A stretch of 64,000 bases of DNA from Octopus bimaculoides (lineage: Eukaryota). The stretch covers positions 54,918,534 to 54,982,533 of the forward strand of contig NC_068998.1 in the NCBI RefSeq assembly GCF_001194135.2, given 5' to 3'. Both the position numbers and the translations under genes were made by a program. The stretch's first letter is position 1. Every line of letters begins with the position of its first letter. The notes below the pieces were generated by a model that had not been told where the DNA came from, made no database searches, and was given only the letters and a program-made list of their open reading frames with translations. Shown here one piece after another: positions 47,454-62,253 of the stretch.

Positions 47454-49855
47454 GACCAGTTTATCAACATTTTTTTTTTTTTATGAAGGAAATAAATTAG
47501 AACTACATTTCTAATTTGAATGAAGTTGACTAATTAGTTTGTTTCCAAACATTACTGTTAGATAAAAGCATATGTTAGATTATATTCTTTTCTAACCCAT
47601 TCTTCTACAGCCAACATTGAATGTTTCAGTTTAATTCTTATTGAATTTTATTGATGGGTCCCTAGTTATGTCTCCCTTGTCCAGGTTGACTTCCTTATCC
47701 ATGAATACTTTTCTAGCCTTCCTTCCATGTCTATGTCCTTTATTAACCCATCTTCACCACTGTTTTAGTCTCCCTCGTCACTAGATTTGTCACATTTAAG
47801 ATTCTGCATAAAAACAAAAAACAAGTTTTGACACAATTCATTCTAAGCTAATTAACAATTTAGGAATCAATTTAATAAGGATTTTATTTTTGAGCTTCTT
47901 TNNNNNNNNNNNNNNNNNNNNNNNNNNNNNNNNNNNNNNNNNNNNNNNNNNNNNNNNNNNNNNNNNNNNNNNNNNNNNNNNNNNNNNNNNNNNNNNNNNN
48001 NNNNNNNNNNNNNAGTTGTTTGCTCTTTATTTGACCTTTTGTTTTACCTGTACATGCACTTTCTAGTCTGATAATTTGTTCTGTTTATGAAAAGATATTG
48101 ATTTCGTTTCACACTGGAACCTGTCCTGCTGTTTGCCCTGCCCCTTATTTTTCTGTCACCATGAAGACTTCAGATATTTCTTAACCAACCAACTGTTTAT
48201 ACTTGTCCTTGAGTTTCCAAAGCTTCCATAACAATTGTTAGGTTGAAATCTTTTATTTCTAATCTGGAAATGTAACTGTCACTGTATCTCATAATTTATG
48301 GATGCAGTCTACTTCTACCATGGGAGAGATCAATAAGTAAATAACACATTTTATTGCACAAAGATTGATTGTGTCTTTGTGCTTACACATAAATCTATAG
48401 GAGGCTAGGTATATTTCATTGAGACATTCAATATGACAGCTTGTTGATTTAGTTTTCAGCACGATTTAATCATCTATAGAGGATACTTTTTATTTAAAAA
48501 GGTATTTATCAACTTTCAAATGTCTGCTTGTTTTAATTGATAAGTTTAAAATGTATTGACAAAGCGTAAATTTCTAAAAGAAAATTTCTGTTTTCTTTTA
48601 GATAATTGCAGGCTCAAACAAAACTGTGTCACAAAGAGATTTTCTTTGCAGCCATGTTTGTGGGATTGAATAACACCTTGAGCAAGTAATTTCCTTTCTA
48701 GCTTCAAGTTGACCAATATTCTATGAGCAGAATTTGGTAGAAAGAAACTGTACAAAAGCTAACCCTATCTGCGTGTGTGTGTGTGTGTGTGTGTGTGGTG
48801 GGGTTATGTTGTATTCCTCTGTAAATTTCAAATAAAAATTAAGTTGAGACTGAAATAAGTATCAGGGTTGATACAGTCAATTAAAAACCTTGAAGGTGAT
48901 ATTCTGTTCCCTATTATGTTGTTCCCTGTTATGTTGTAGGATGTGTTCAAGTTTGAAATGATTCCAAACCCATAAACAAATTGTTGATTTCCTACACGTG
49001 CCATGTAAATAACTCAACCAATTCCTTCTCTATGCATGTCTTAAAGAAGGACATTTCTGTTGGTTTTGAAATATTTGATTGCCAGACGTGTTCTGAAGCT
49101 TATTACATGTATTCCAGGTTTTGAGGCCCTTATTGTTCTAAGACAGGTCACTGGTGCATTCATTGCATGTAGATTGGAAGTGGTATTGGAAACTGAAGTA
49201 TGTTTTTAAGGACAGTCATTATGTGATATGTCTTGAAATGAAACCAAACTTTGGAAGCTTCCTTTTCTTCTTTCAGCTGTTGCAACCACTTATTTCAAAG
49301 TAATTTCAGCCAGACACAATAGGAAATCACAGCTGTATCACCAGATTATGGACTCAATGCAATCTGCCTTTTGTTTGTAATGTTTACAATACTGCTGATA
49401 TATTAATTTTCCCAATTACTATGATACCTTAATTGAAATTTATGCTATGGGAAATTTTAGTTGAGAACTTTTTGTATATAGCCTTAAGTGTTACGTAACT
49501 ACATTCTGCCATTAGTCTAATTGAGTTATTTCCCTTAGCTCTATTGTAAATTATGCTACGACTTCTTGTCAGACTATATTACTAACAGTAGACAACAAAA
49601 CATTGTGTGATTTATAGATTGAGTGGGTGGATTTCATTGTCATTGCAGATTGTTGAAAGCTAGTTGTTAAAAACATCTTGTACACGTAAATTGCCAGTGT
49701 GTATTCATTCAACTACAAATGTTATTGCAGCTTCTATAAAAAACACTCGTTTTTAAAATTTTCTATTGAAATTTTATCCCACATTTATGATTCCAGTAAT
49801 ATATATCAAGTTTCTTTTTAATGTCTGTTTCTCTTTGACATTTGCGTATTCACTT

Positions 49856-49890
<35 letters not shown>

Positions 49891-50289
49891 GTGTCATTTT
49901 GGTTTTCTGTTCTACATGTTTCGCCCACCACCAACAAGTTCAGTGGCAATGAGATTAACACACTGATCTCCGAAGAAGGCACATTACCCTTCTTGTCTCA
50001 GCCAAACTGAAAGTGTCACTTTCATACCATGGTTGAGTGGATTAGCAGTAAGAAAGTCATCCGTCTATAAAAATACTTATTCCAACTATATATAAATGTC
50101 TGTCTTTGCAGAAGTGATCTTAACCCTTAGAAAAATAGAAGCAAGACAGTAGAAAAAAAACACACCCACACCCACACCTAGTGATAAATTGTTTCTTGTA
50201 AGTAGCTGTCAGCATTTCTGAATTACTTGAAACAATAATGGATTCTGCTGCTCTTGTTTCATCTCTTGGTTGGTTATAGCTTGCAGGTA

Positions 50290-50500
50290 ATTTACTATTT
50301 CATTTATACAGCTTCTCTTTTCACATCCCATGTCCATCCCATACATGAGCTCTTGTCAGAGCCACCTAATGTAGAAGTTATTTGTCAGCTTGCCAGAATA
50401 ACGCTGCATATTTCTGAGCATTCATTCATAGCAAAATGTGTAAAGTATTGGAATTCTGCTCACTCACTCCTTTTCAGAAGCCTTAACCTGTCACCAGTAT
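50290..50500 (+). mobile_element. Possible LINE ORF2 tail remnant
   Basis: HSFIAKCVKYWNS resembles the SF.P.....WNSLP tail motif. Confidence 0.3.
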
Positions 50501-50559
50501 CGCAACCAATGGCTTCTTCTTAAACCCTCTTCTCTTCATTTACTCTTTTATCAATAATA

Positions 50560-50772
50560 ACAATAATAATAATCCTTTCTACTAAAGGCACAAGGCCTGA
50601 AATTTTGTCGGGTGGGGAGTAGTTGATTACATTAACCTCAGTGTTTCAACCCCGAAAGGACAAAAGGCAAAGTTGACCTCATTGGAATTTGAACTCAGAA
50701 TGTAGCGACAGACAAAATACTGCTAAGCATTTTGCCCAGCGTGCTAACAATTCTGTTAGCTCACCACCTTGA
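50560..50772 (-). mobile_element. SINE family B
   Basis: Reverse complement of the family B consensus; (aat)n runs on both sides. Confidence 0.78.
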
Positions 50773-50866
50773 ATAATAATAATAATAATAATAATAATAT
50801 TAATAATAATATTAATAATAATAATAATAATAATATTAATAATAATTATAATAATAATAATAACAA
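50773..50866. repeat. (AAT)n imperfect trinucleotide microsatellite
   Basis: Directly visible; abuts the SINE B head. Confidence 0.95.
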
Positions 50867-51451
50867 CAATGACTGATTGTTGAAACCTTACGAGGTTAGA
50901 ATGTCTATAACTAGAAGGAAATGGGTGTTGTATGGTATATTGAATGAGTCGGATATATTAAGCTTAATATTTGTGAAATAAGATGACAATTATGGGAGAA
51001 AATGTTAGGATGATGATGATGATGATACAGATTGGATGGCATGTAGGAAATGAGTTCTTTAGAATGGATTGGAAATTTAAAGTTATCTTTAAAAATTTGT
51101 AAATATTAATGCAATTTGTATGGAGTAGTTACTAAAGCTGATTGTAACATCTGACTTACATGTATTTCTAATTAATAATCTTAATGATTTAATTATAAGA
51201 ATGTTGATGAATTTATAAAGATTTACCCTCAGAGGAACAATATTGTGACTTATATTTAGAACAGTTACGTAAATTAAAACATTTTTCACTTTCTATTGAA
51301 TACTTTATTACAACTAATTGTTGCAGAAAATGCTTTGTTTTCCTAAAATTGTTTCAAGTCTTTTGAGACCATATTTTTAATGAAATATACAGCCTGTGTG
51401 TATTAATTAATTTTGAAAATAATCAACAATTTGGAAGGATTTAGTAAAATA

Positions 51452-51800
51452 TCATCATCATCATCATTACCCCACAGCCTTCCAACATGTTTTGCTGTGG
51501 ACCGTTTCTTTCCCCTTGGTTCCATTTTATCCTTGTCATTTTCAGTTCCTCTTCAATCTGTCTTCACCAGATGATCCTCAGATGCCTTTCTTTCCCTTTG
51601 GTCTCAATCCATGGCTTGCCATGCCAGACATTCTTCTCATCCATTTAATACAGAATCAATCTATCTTCACGTTTCTCTTTGCTGTTTGTTGGCCAATGGG
51701 TTTCTACTTGACTTTGGCCCAGAGGTTTTTGGTGTTCACAATTTTTGGGGGGGATATCTAATCTATAGGATATTTCTGGAGCATGTTTGGAACTCTGTGC
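51452..51800 (-). mobile_element. RTE-clade LINE 3' remnant
   Basis: Minus strand resembles the RTE end (..A.DW.P.GK..RG....TW.R.IE.E) and finishes in a (gat)n tail. Confidence 0.6.
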
Positions 51801-54800
51801 ATTCATTCAATATTGGTTGGTGTCAACTGGAGGATAGATTTGATGGAGATATTAAAAATTCTTGGTTTAATATGTCAAGCATTCAAAGATGAAATATCCA
51901 GCAATCTCCTTCTTTTCTGGAAACACATGAATGCAGGGCTCAGCAGATCAAGAAAAGCCTATGGAACTTATGGAAGACTCTGGCTATCAAGTTGGGGATA
52001 TTTCTTAATCTTATTTCTTCATCTCCCTTTAGTGGACACCATAATTCCTAGATAGAGAAAATGTTTCACATCATTCAACATGTGATTTTTGACCATGAAA
52101 AACCCAGAGTTGTCCTTTTTTAATGTCCACAGTCACTTTGTGGATGACATTTACCTGATATTCCAGACTGCCCAGTAAAATAACTAACCCTATTATTAAA
52201 CTTGTTTGTGTTACTAAACAAAAGATTCTTACATAACATTAGGATGGGAATCTTTCATTTAAATATGAATACTTTAAGGCAATAAGGTTTGTGCTGTAGA
52301 ATTAGGTTTGGCGTTGGGCAGTTATTACAAGTTAATAGAATAATGATTCAAAATTAATATATTTGTAAAGATAATTTGGTTGCTTGTCTGCTTCAACATG
52401 ATATTTATTTAAATGTGCCAAATGTGTTTAAATAATTTATCAACTTCAACATGATTATGATGTTTAGAGATAAACAATACAAAAACTGAAATAACTTATT
52501 GAAATAAATTCCTGGTCATTTTATAAACCTCTTTTGTACAAAAACTGTTTTTCCTTCCTTTTCCACTTTCTCAATATTTATCCCCCCCCCCATTTTATTT
52601 CTCCTTTGTTTCAGAATGTTCTGAAAACGTAGAGTTTATTTTTGATTTTTACAGAAATAAGGTTTGAGTGAAAAATATTAGTGTTTCAAAATATCTATTA
52701 TTAATTTAGATGTTTTCTGTTGGCAAAAAGCCATGCATTTATAGTAAGAGTGCAGTTTATTTAACCCTTTTGTTACCAAATTTCTGTTGCTTTTGTTTGA
52801 ATTAATTATGAAAATAATGAATTTAGTAATTATGCTGGTGATGAATGGTTTTAATTTAGATCACTTTAAAACTGGAAGTTTGTATCATAAAATCAAGAGT
52901 AGTTTCATGGGGGTAGGTACCAACAGTTGAAGCTCAGTATGTAGCTGATTGAATCAAGATCTGAACTCTTAATACTGAAACACACTCAGTGTGGTGCCAT
53001 TGCTAAATATTTAAAACAATAAATATAAAAGCATAACATGCACTTTCTCAAAAAAAAAGGGCAGTTTAGGAAAAAGGTCTCCTAAGATTGATACTTTGAG
53101 GAAACTCAGTTGTAACTAAATTGCATTTTCAACAAATGTATTCTTTCATCTCAGGTGATTTATTTTAATGGCTGAAAAGATATAGGTGACCAACTTAAAG
53201 AGGGAGACATTGGTTACTAACATAACAAAGATTCTCTCTGGGGCACACTTATGCCTAAATGAATTTTTAAAAAAGGAGATCACACAATTAATAAAATAAA
53301 CTCACATGTTGAAGAAATTCCAATAACCATTTGATAATGTTCCAGAACCATCAGTGATCAGAGGTGTTACCAATTCTTGACTGCTTCTTCAGCTCATTGT
53401 ACTTTACGGAACATTCCACAACAAACCTCAAGAATAAGTGAACTGATAGAAGTGAAAGCTAACTACATTTGAATTGCGACTTAGAGTAATTGCTCTGTTG
53501 GGAAATTTCAAAGCTGTTAATTGCTATTCTTGTGAGGCAAAGTTGTAGCTTGATCTTATGCTGTGAGATATTGTAGAAGAATTATAAGAAAATACTTTAA
53601 CAGGTTGTATTAATGCCTTTTGAATTGATGAAGAAAGTCTGAAGCCTTTCTCCTGTAAAGAAGAGTTACTCTTTAATATGCCACTACAACTTAGAAAAAC
53701 ATCCAGCATTTGACTCGATGAAACCCACCTAGCCACACTCTATATCAGCTGGTGTAAGAAAGAAAGTTGTTTTACACTGGGGCTGCTGTAATCAAACAGA
53801 CCCATAAGGTGGGTAGGAATACATTTTTCACAAATACTTTTGCAAAATTCTAGTTAGGAAAATATTAGTAACAAAATCTTCCACAAAAATTCTAGACAGG
53901 AAGATTGTGGCGGCAGCTTTCTTGATTTAAAAGAAACTCTGACCTGAATAGACAGACAATTGGTAGAATTTGACAGCTGAAGTTTTACAATAGCCATTGA
54001 AACCTGCTAATTATGGAGATTTTGATGTCAGTCAGTAAGCTAGCAGAACCAATAGTTGATGTACATTAAAATCAGGAAGATGAAGATGAACACACACAAA
54101 TATAAGCAAATGCTTAAGAATGGGCATGGAACTCTTGAGTCAGAGACATTTTGGAAAATGGTTGTACAGAATCAAAGCTGTCCCAAAAAGTAGATCTCTT
54201 TAACAAGAAATTAGTTGCAGTCGTGCTTTGAATGTAATGTGCTAGAAAGAGGAGTTGCTGTGTGTGTGTGTGTGTTGCTTGCAAGTCTTTTGGATAATGT
54301 GTAATGTCTATCATTTAATGATACAAGTGATGTTAGTGAAACTACTTACTACTTCAGTTAGAATCTTTGTTAGCCTAACAATTACTGTAATTTCTTTTAC
54401 ATTAGACCCCAAAGATTTATGATAGCCATTTAAGTGCCAAGTATTCCATTCATGATTGTAAAGAATCAGGAATTGTAATATATTTGGAGTCTAAAAACAA
54501 TATCTGATGTATTTAACAATGTTTATTTCTCTGGTTGGTGGTTGAGAGCTTGTTGAAGAGTTTGTACTAATATCACCAAGGAAATGAATTTGATATTTGT
54601 TTAGCTCGAGGTCAAGCTCTTGAAGGAAGAAACCTATGATCAGAGGCATTCCAATTATGACAATCTCAATCTAATGTGCATCTAATTCTAAAGCCAAGTC
54701 TATGGTCCAGTGTATATCCATACCTTTTTATGATGGTAGAATATGATATGGCTGTTGTTTAAAGCGATTTGTGCCACCACACAGACTCCCTTGTTGGTTT

Positions 54801-55974
54801 GTGTATAAAGTTGAAAATTAGATTATATTAACGAGTGCTAATAACCAGGGCTGATCATCCCACCCCATGGGCACCCTCTCCAATCTGCACTTGGCCAGCA
54901 AAGTCACTGAGGCTTTATCCAACTGTGTAGGTAGGAAGAAAACGAAAACCAAACCAAGTTGTTCTGTAATTTATTAATGAAAACCGAATGAAGTCAACAA
55001 TCCATAAATGATGTTTGTAAATATTTCTCTGGTTTCTCCATGAAAGCTAAAACCAGCAAATAAGTATTCCTGGTCGTCTGAGTTGATAATTAACATATGA
55101 ATATCATGATAACACTTAGATAATACTTTACTTAATTTCTCTTCAGAACCTTATCATAGTAATTACTCTCCTCGTTTATTGTCATTATAATTGATATGTT
55201 GAGAAGTGAAGACTCTTCTCCCACATTAATGCTTTTCATCGGAGATTTAACGAAGCTGCAATGGAAGACTTCACGAAAGTAGGCTTCAGTTCTTTGGTTG
55301 CAATATTTTTCTTCGTTCAAGATTTGATATGCTTTTTAAAATGCTATTTACTTTTTAAGTCGTCTTTGAAGTAAGGCTATTGTCTGATTTGTGGTGTATT
55401 AAATGTATCAATGCTCCTTCATAGTTTGAATCCTATTGTTTCAGCAGATATTGTAGTAACCAGATTAAAAAACAGTTAACCAGCCAGATTTCAGGATTTT
55501 CCAATTTTTCCTCCCATAAATTGAGTGTAGGAAATTGTTTAAGTGAAGAAGAAATGATTCCAAACTGCAACCATTTTTGTGTGAAAGAGAGTATGTTGTG
55601 GGTGTTAAAATATTAATGGGGTTTTTTTAATGATTTTATTCTGAAATTGATATTTTAGGTGTTTTTGTATTATCTGATTGATGATAATCTTAATGGAAAT
55701 AAATATATAAAAAGAAAAAGGGAATTATTTCATATTTTAGCTTTTAATTTTTTTTTTTTTTTTTTTTTCCTGTTAACAGCTTGTTCTATTAAATGAAGTA
55801 AATGCTAGGCTGAGAGAGCTGACATCTTTATATTCTAGCAGGGGAAAACAATCTGTTTTTATGAGACATAAATTGTAATTAGTAGAACTACTTAAAGGAA
55901 AATAAAGTTGTTTGTTTGTCAGAAATAAGTGAGATAAGTGAATCTACAGGCTCATGCCTTGAGGTCAAGTCCAA

Positions 55975-56085
55975 TAATAATAATAATACTTTCTTCTAAA
56001 GGCACAAGGCCTGAAATTTTGGGGGAGGGGACTAGTTGATTACATCAACCCCAGTGTTTCACTGGTACTGAAAGGATGAAAGAGT
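55975..56085 (-). mobile_element. SINE family B, 3' fragment
   Basis: aaaggcacaaggcctgaaatttt...gttgattacatcaaccccagtgtttc is nearly identical to part of the 50580-50650 copy. Confidence 0.7.
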
Positions 56086-58230
56086 CAGAACAGAAAACAC
56101 ATTTCTGCTAAGCTGATACATTAATGATGATGATGATGATGATGTGACTTTTCCACGTGTTAATGATTTACTGAATTATTTGTTAAGGGTTTGGTATTAA
56201 AATAGTGGTTTGCAAAGTTATGTCATCTAATTAAGTCTGTGTGAAAAATAAGTTCCATTCTCACTTGAAGGTTAATCAAGGACATCCAATAGCAAAAAAA
56301 ATACAGAAATCAATACTTTGCAAATTGACTGAAGCATCAAATTTTTAGAGAAATGGACATGAAATCTTTCAGTGAATATGAAAGAAATTAGTAAAATAAA
56401 AATGATTTTGTTTTGACTAGACCTGGAACCAATTTTTAGGGAATAATTTCAATTGATTGAATTTTTTTCTTAATCTTCAATGGTAGACTTGATCCATGAT
56501 TTAACATCACCACTTTGCATCTTTTGCAAGTCCATTCTGTTGCAAGTATTGAAGCCAGTTTAAAGAGACTCCTCTCCCTCCCTCCCAATCACCAATTTCT
56601 GAGGCTCTGTAAACAGTCTTTGACACTGCTTTCTTTTGTCACCAAAATTTTCTTTTTTTAAATCCATCCCTTCCCACCCAATACACTGTAGCTTTAACTT
56701 TGCTCCACTACCAGCCATGACTCTCACTCCTGTCTGTCACCCATTACTTACTGTTGCATTTATCTTGTCACCTACCTTTTTTGTTTCCCTCTCTTATCGC
56801 CAGTCACTACCCCTTTCAACTCCCCTCCCCCATATCTGTCCCTTCAACCCTCTCAGGCCATTCTACTCCTTCAGATCTCTTAAATACTTCTCTCACCCCT
56901 ACTCTGACCATACTTCACTCTCACACTCTTATCCCCTCCCCCCTCTCCTACCCTTTTCTGGCCCGTTCTGCTCTTATTCTTCTCTTTCTTTTTCCCTCTT
57001 ACTGACAACCCTTCTTGTGTTGGCACCACAAGAAAACCCACCCAGTGCACTGTGTAGAGAAACTGGTGATGGAAGGGGCCATCCATGTGTAGAAACCCAA
57101 CCAGAAACACCAACAAGAAAGGACTCTGGCTGTAACAACCATTCCAACTCCTACCAGCATGGAAAAGGAGCATAAAATGATAACATTCTTATGAATCTGA
57201 CACAACTCTTTTTTTATATATAAAAAAAAAGACAACCTTATTTCAAAGAACTTTTATCTATTTTGTAAATATCCCTCATCATCTTTACAACTTTCCATTT
57301 AGCAATCATCCACTTTCATTCCCGCTTGAGTTGTCTTCCACATATGCAAACTATCTTCTCTGTTAACCTCCCTATTGCTCCACTGCACCTCTTCTATTTC
57401 CATAGCTTACCCTGAGTACACCGTATGGAGTTCCTGCTTACACCTTTCCTACAAATAAAACAGGGCCGCCTACCTGAGAGGAGTCGATTTTTGTTATTAT
57501 TGCTCACCTGATACTTTCAATTTTGCATATCTTCACCTTTAGTATGTGTATTGTTTTATCATACAATCAAATAATTTCTACACACATCTGATAGGACAGT
57601 TTTTATGAGGGGGAAAAAAAACTACTTTCTGACTAACAAAAGCTGGAGTCACCAGAGTTCTGTCTACTCTCTCTTCTTTCCCCTCACTGAATTTATCCAT
57701 TTCATGTGAACCTTTGTCACTTGTGTCTAGTGTGCTTGAGCCCCATAATCTATGATTTGTCTCTGTTTTATTATCGTAAACATTAGAAGAAATGGAGTAA
57801 AATCAGGTCCTAGTTTAACAAAACTGTTAACAGCCACCTGCCACTTGTGCTGCAGGAATATGATTCTAAGCGTTATCAAAAGGGAAAATCTTTATTCAAT
57901 TCTTTCATGTTACAGTTCTTATATTTAACAAAAAGTGGTCGAAAACTGTTTCAGAAAGTTCCTACTTTGGAAATTTACTTAAAATGTACCATTTCATATA
58001 AGCAATTCTATATTTTGAACTATATATACACTTATATACACTTACATCTTAAACACTGTGAAACAACTGAAAATGTAGTTTGCTAATTAAATTGATACTT
58101 TTTTCCCCTCTGAATAAAGAAGGAAGCTTGCTAGCTTAGAGTTAATCAGGGAGATGTGTATATATTACAAAAATGTTAATAAGTTTATCAGTAATTATCC
58201 TCGTTTGGCAATCGTACTTTTCACGCTTTC

Positions 58231-58462
58231 ATCGATAATATTTCAGTCAATAGACAGCAGCAGCAGCCGACTGCAAGTTTGATGTGAACCTCATGCAGTT
58301 GTATGTCTACCTCTCGATCTATTTTGTGCAGTAAAGAAAATGTTCAAAACAGTTGAAGCAGCTGCTGCTGCTGCTGCTGTTCTAATAATACAATTGTTGC
58401 TGCTGCTGCATCATGTGTATATGTGCTTGTGTGTGTGAAGAAGAGGAAGGGAAAGAAATGGA
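58231..58462 (+). promoter_or_regulatory. Candidate internal promoter and non-coding first exon
   Basis: DRE-like ATCGATA (58231-58237) just upstream of an Initiator-like TCAGTC (58243-58248). Locally CpG-containing, with (CAG)/(CTG)n tracts, and ends at a consensus donor GA|GTGAGT (58463). Confidence 0.35.
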
Positions 58463-59853
58463 GTGAGTTCTCTGTTGAAGTACTGCTGCTGCTGCTACTG
58501 CTGCAGTTGCTGTGTCTGTTGTGTCACTTTCTGTGTTGAGCATTAGCTCTCCTGTTCCTTACCATCGGCACTAATACGATGTATTCTAATTTTTTCCCCT
58601 TATTTTGTACTGGACTGCAAATTAAACTGTGATTCTCTGTAGACACATTACTATGTGGACGGAATTAACCCAAAACCCAGAGCTGGAGATGTTGATACCC
58701 ACAAGTGCTCTTAAGCAATGGCTATGGATGTATATCGTTACTTCACTGTGTATCCTAGGACAGGATAAAACAGGAACACAATCAAGTACAAATTTTAATC
58801 TCATTATAATTAATGAAACTGACTAATTAACATTTGAGATAAATGTTATTAAACATGGTTTTTTTTTTTCTTTTCACAAAACAATTTGAAACCATAACTG
58901 GATAAACAAGACTCTTTTATTTTCGTTGACGAGTTTCCTTTTTCGGTTCTTGCTTATCATGCTGTGCCTTATTTCCAATTAATGTGATATTTCTAAAGAT
59001 CTGTAGATTTAACTTCTTTTTTTTTTTTTTTTCTTACTGGAAAAAATCTAAAGAATTAGTTTCTAAGCCATGCTTCTCCGGAGCAGCATGTATTTCTGGT
59101 TGTGTTCTCCTTCGTGAAATACTATGTTTTAAGAAGTGTTGCTGCTAAGATATTGCTGTAAAATTACTTGATAGCTTCTACTTTTTATAGCTATTATTTC
59201 TTAATGATATTGTACAGTGAAATCAGTGCAGCTATTTGGGTTTTCTATTTGAAACATTTTCGCTCCCATTTAAACCAAACCACTGTTATATTATCCAAAC
59301 CAAATATTCTTATCAAATATACATAACACAATTGTTTGGTAGGTTTTCTTTTTTGTTTTTTCAATGAGCATTTTAGGTTTTCTGATTGAAAGTTTACCAT
59401 CACCAAAATATTTGGTTTAGCTATGAAGAACTTCTGAGTCCTATAATCTTTTTATTTTTAGTGATAACTAATAAATGATTTTTTTTATATGTGTTCCTAA
59501 AGGACATGTAAAAGTGTTAAGAAATATATATTCCTTGCTTGTTTATAAAACTTACTGTGTCCTCTGATGGAAACAAACTTTGGTAATATCTTCTGCTATT
59601 CCTCATTAAATATTTATCCATGATTGAATTATAAAGAAGAAAAAAAAATCCACTTAAAGTTGTCCTCTCTCCATCACACAATTTCTTAATTGATAGGGCT
59701 ACTTTCACTTGGATTTCTAGAATAAAATATGATTAAAATAAAATTTTCAACATGAATTGTCATATATTCTGCACTGGATTATAAATCTACCCTGAACATA
59801 TATAAAATGCATGCAAGTTGCATGTTGCAGTTTAACTTGTAATGTTTCACCAG

Positions 59854-59916
59854 AGGATGTAAATGTCCACTTCCAACTCACCCAAGAGAAACACCATGAG
59901 GGTCACATATCGGCGG
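59854..59916 (+). CDS. Candidate 63-nt exon (unassigned; prune downstream isoform or next gene)
   Basis: tgtttcaccag|...|GTAAGT. Open as a phase 1-1 exon (DVNVHFQLTQEKHHEGHISA), or from ATG 59863 as MSTSNSPKRNTMRVTYRR with a phase-0 exit. No homology recognised. Confidence 0.4.
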
Positions 59917-62173
59917 GTAAGTAATAGAATCGGACAAAACTATATTTCATTATATCACATCACTTTAGCAAACATTTCAAAGTGGTTGGAATATCTTTGT
60001 ATTTATTTATTTTTTTATTTTGGCCAGTTTACATCCATCACTTGAAGTAAATGAAGGTTATTAAGGGACGATTCTTGAAAGGTACTAAAAAAAAAAAAAA
60101 AAAAGAAAATTGTGTCTTTTTTCTTTTGTTTATCTCATTAAGTATAAATGTTAATATGGGGAATCTAGCTGTAAAATAAAACAAATTTCAAAAGTGTTTT
60201 ATTTCTTTTGATAATTGTCTCATTTTTATTGTGAGTAAAATATATTTTTGAATCTTTAATGAAAAATATCTGTAATTCTTATCATTAATTTGACTATATT
60301 CTAATCATTTCTAATCATATGATCATTGTTGGCATCTTTTGAGGGTGGTTCATAGGGGTGGGGTCAACATAGAACTTTTTTTTTCCCCTATGCTTAGATG
60401 AAAATCAATAAAAATATAGTTCTAATCGTGTTTGTAACTATTTTTTCGTTGCATCACTGTTTAACACTGTTTCTATCATGTGTGCATCTATTTCCCTTCA
60501 GGATTAGATTACACCTCCTTTCTGTTAGTAATTATTTCTTATTTAATTATTAATACAAACTAATCGACTGTATATTTAATCACAAAAAGTTAGACTGCTG
60601 TTTTTTTGGCCTATCACTGGAAATAGTATTTGCTGTAGGAGGTCAGAGAAATCACCGTAGACGATCGTGTATATTGTTGATTTTAGGAATTATGTCATAT
60701 CCTACAGAATTTTACTTGTAGCATTTAGTACAATTGATTATTTTCTTTGAAAGAACTTCATATAAAAATGTTACATAAGAGAGAAAAGAAGAGAATTCAT
60801 ATAATTGACAATGTTGAGGTTTTAAAATAGATATTTTACCATCAATTCAAAAATATAGCAATATCTTCATGTTTTTAATATTTGATTTGTGTCTTTTTGT
60901 ATATTTGTGCTGAACTTTATAATTATGCACAAATCTTGGGTCAGTCACTTCTACTCCCCCCTCCTCTATTGTACCATTCTACTACCAACCTTCTTCCTCT
61001 GCTATAATCTAGCATTTTGGTAACTGACCTCTATTTATTGATTTTCTCCCAACTTACATTGGCATTTATTTTGCTTTTGGAAGACATAAATTTATAAATA
61101 TCTTTTTCCATTCATTCAACCATGGCAGTCATATTTACTTCTTTCTTCGCTTATTACAAACTTTTATGGCCAGCTATCCTGTCATTTTGTAGTGTTTATT
61201 CTTGTTGAAATTTAAAAGGTACTTTCATGTAGTTTTATAGTCAATAAAATATTGATTTCTTCCATAGTCACAAGGCTTCATATCTAAAGAAGAGACATAA
61301 AATTGTGTCATGTTCCAACCTTTTTCAAAAGCACTAAGAAAAGCCCAGAAAAAAATTCGGGTGTCACATAAAATACCAATATTATTGAAGTTAAAGAAAT
61401 ATTTAGTAAAATAAAATAAAGTGCTTACTTATTCTAAATAATGAAAGGGTAATGAATTGTTAAAAACTTTATCAGAAATCTATTTTTTATATGGTGAAAT
61501 AACAGCAGCCAGTTGCCTCACTTGGCCCAAACTGTTTGCTGGATTGCCAGCTGCTAAAACATTCTGGTTATACAAAGCTAACTGTTGTCTAATGATTGTA
61601 TCAGCCTATCTACTTCCATTGTGGCAAAAACCTTCAAATCTAAACACACCAAACCAATAAAAGAGCCTGCTAGAATTTAAATCTCTCATAACACTGTTAT
61701 CTTGAAATAAGGAAGGACATACTGGATAATACCACCCTCAGTATACAATGCCTGGGGAAAAAAAGACAGGATAGTCAGTTATGAGTGTGCTCAATCAGGG
61801 CTGATTTGGGATTAAACAGTGGTAAGAAATTATGAGCAACTTGCCCTCTCTGCTATGTTACACTCCATGCAATCAACTGCGACTTTGAGGTGGGTAGACT
61901 ATGGTCCCAAACGCAATGAAAGCATAACCTGTCTGAAGTGTTACACCTCTGGGTTACTGCTATGTATTTGCTTGGCTGCTTCTGTGCCATTGGCCAACTT
62001 GAGTTATGCTGTGTGGGACTATCTCCTAACCTCATCTTTCCAAAGACTTTTATTACGTTCTTTGTTTTGCAATGTTTTGAATCAGTCAACAGAAAGAATA
62101 ACTAGACATGTAGACACCAATATCGTTCATGCAAAAAGATTAAACATTTAAACTAAGATTTTTTCATCATCAG

Positions 62174-62253
<80 letters not shown>

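Noticed and set aside
52896-52915. RVVS/HGG-like string resembling the BCH motif RVISHGG
   Set aside because: The pieces are in different frames, with no upstream homology and a repeat-like context.
53155-53175. Acceptor followed by VIYFNG, resembling BCH IVYLNG
   Set aside because: Immediately followed by TGA, with no further similarity.
56636-57235. Several overlapping 78-179 aa ORFs
   Set aside because: Pyrimidine-rich low-complexity sequence plus a SINE tail; no protein-like features.
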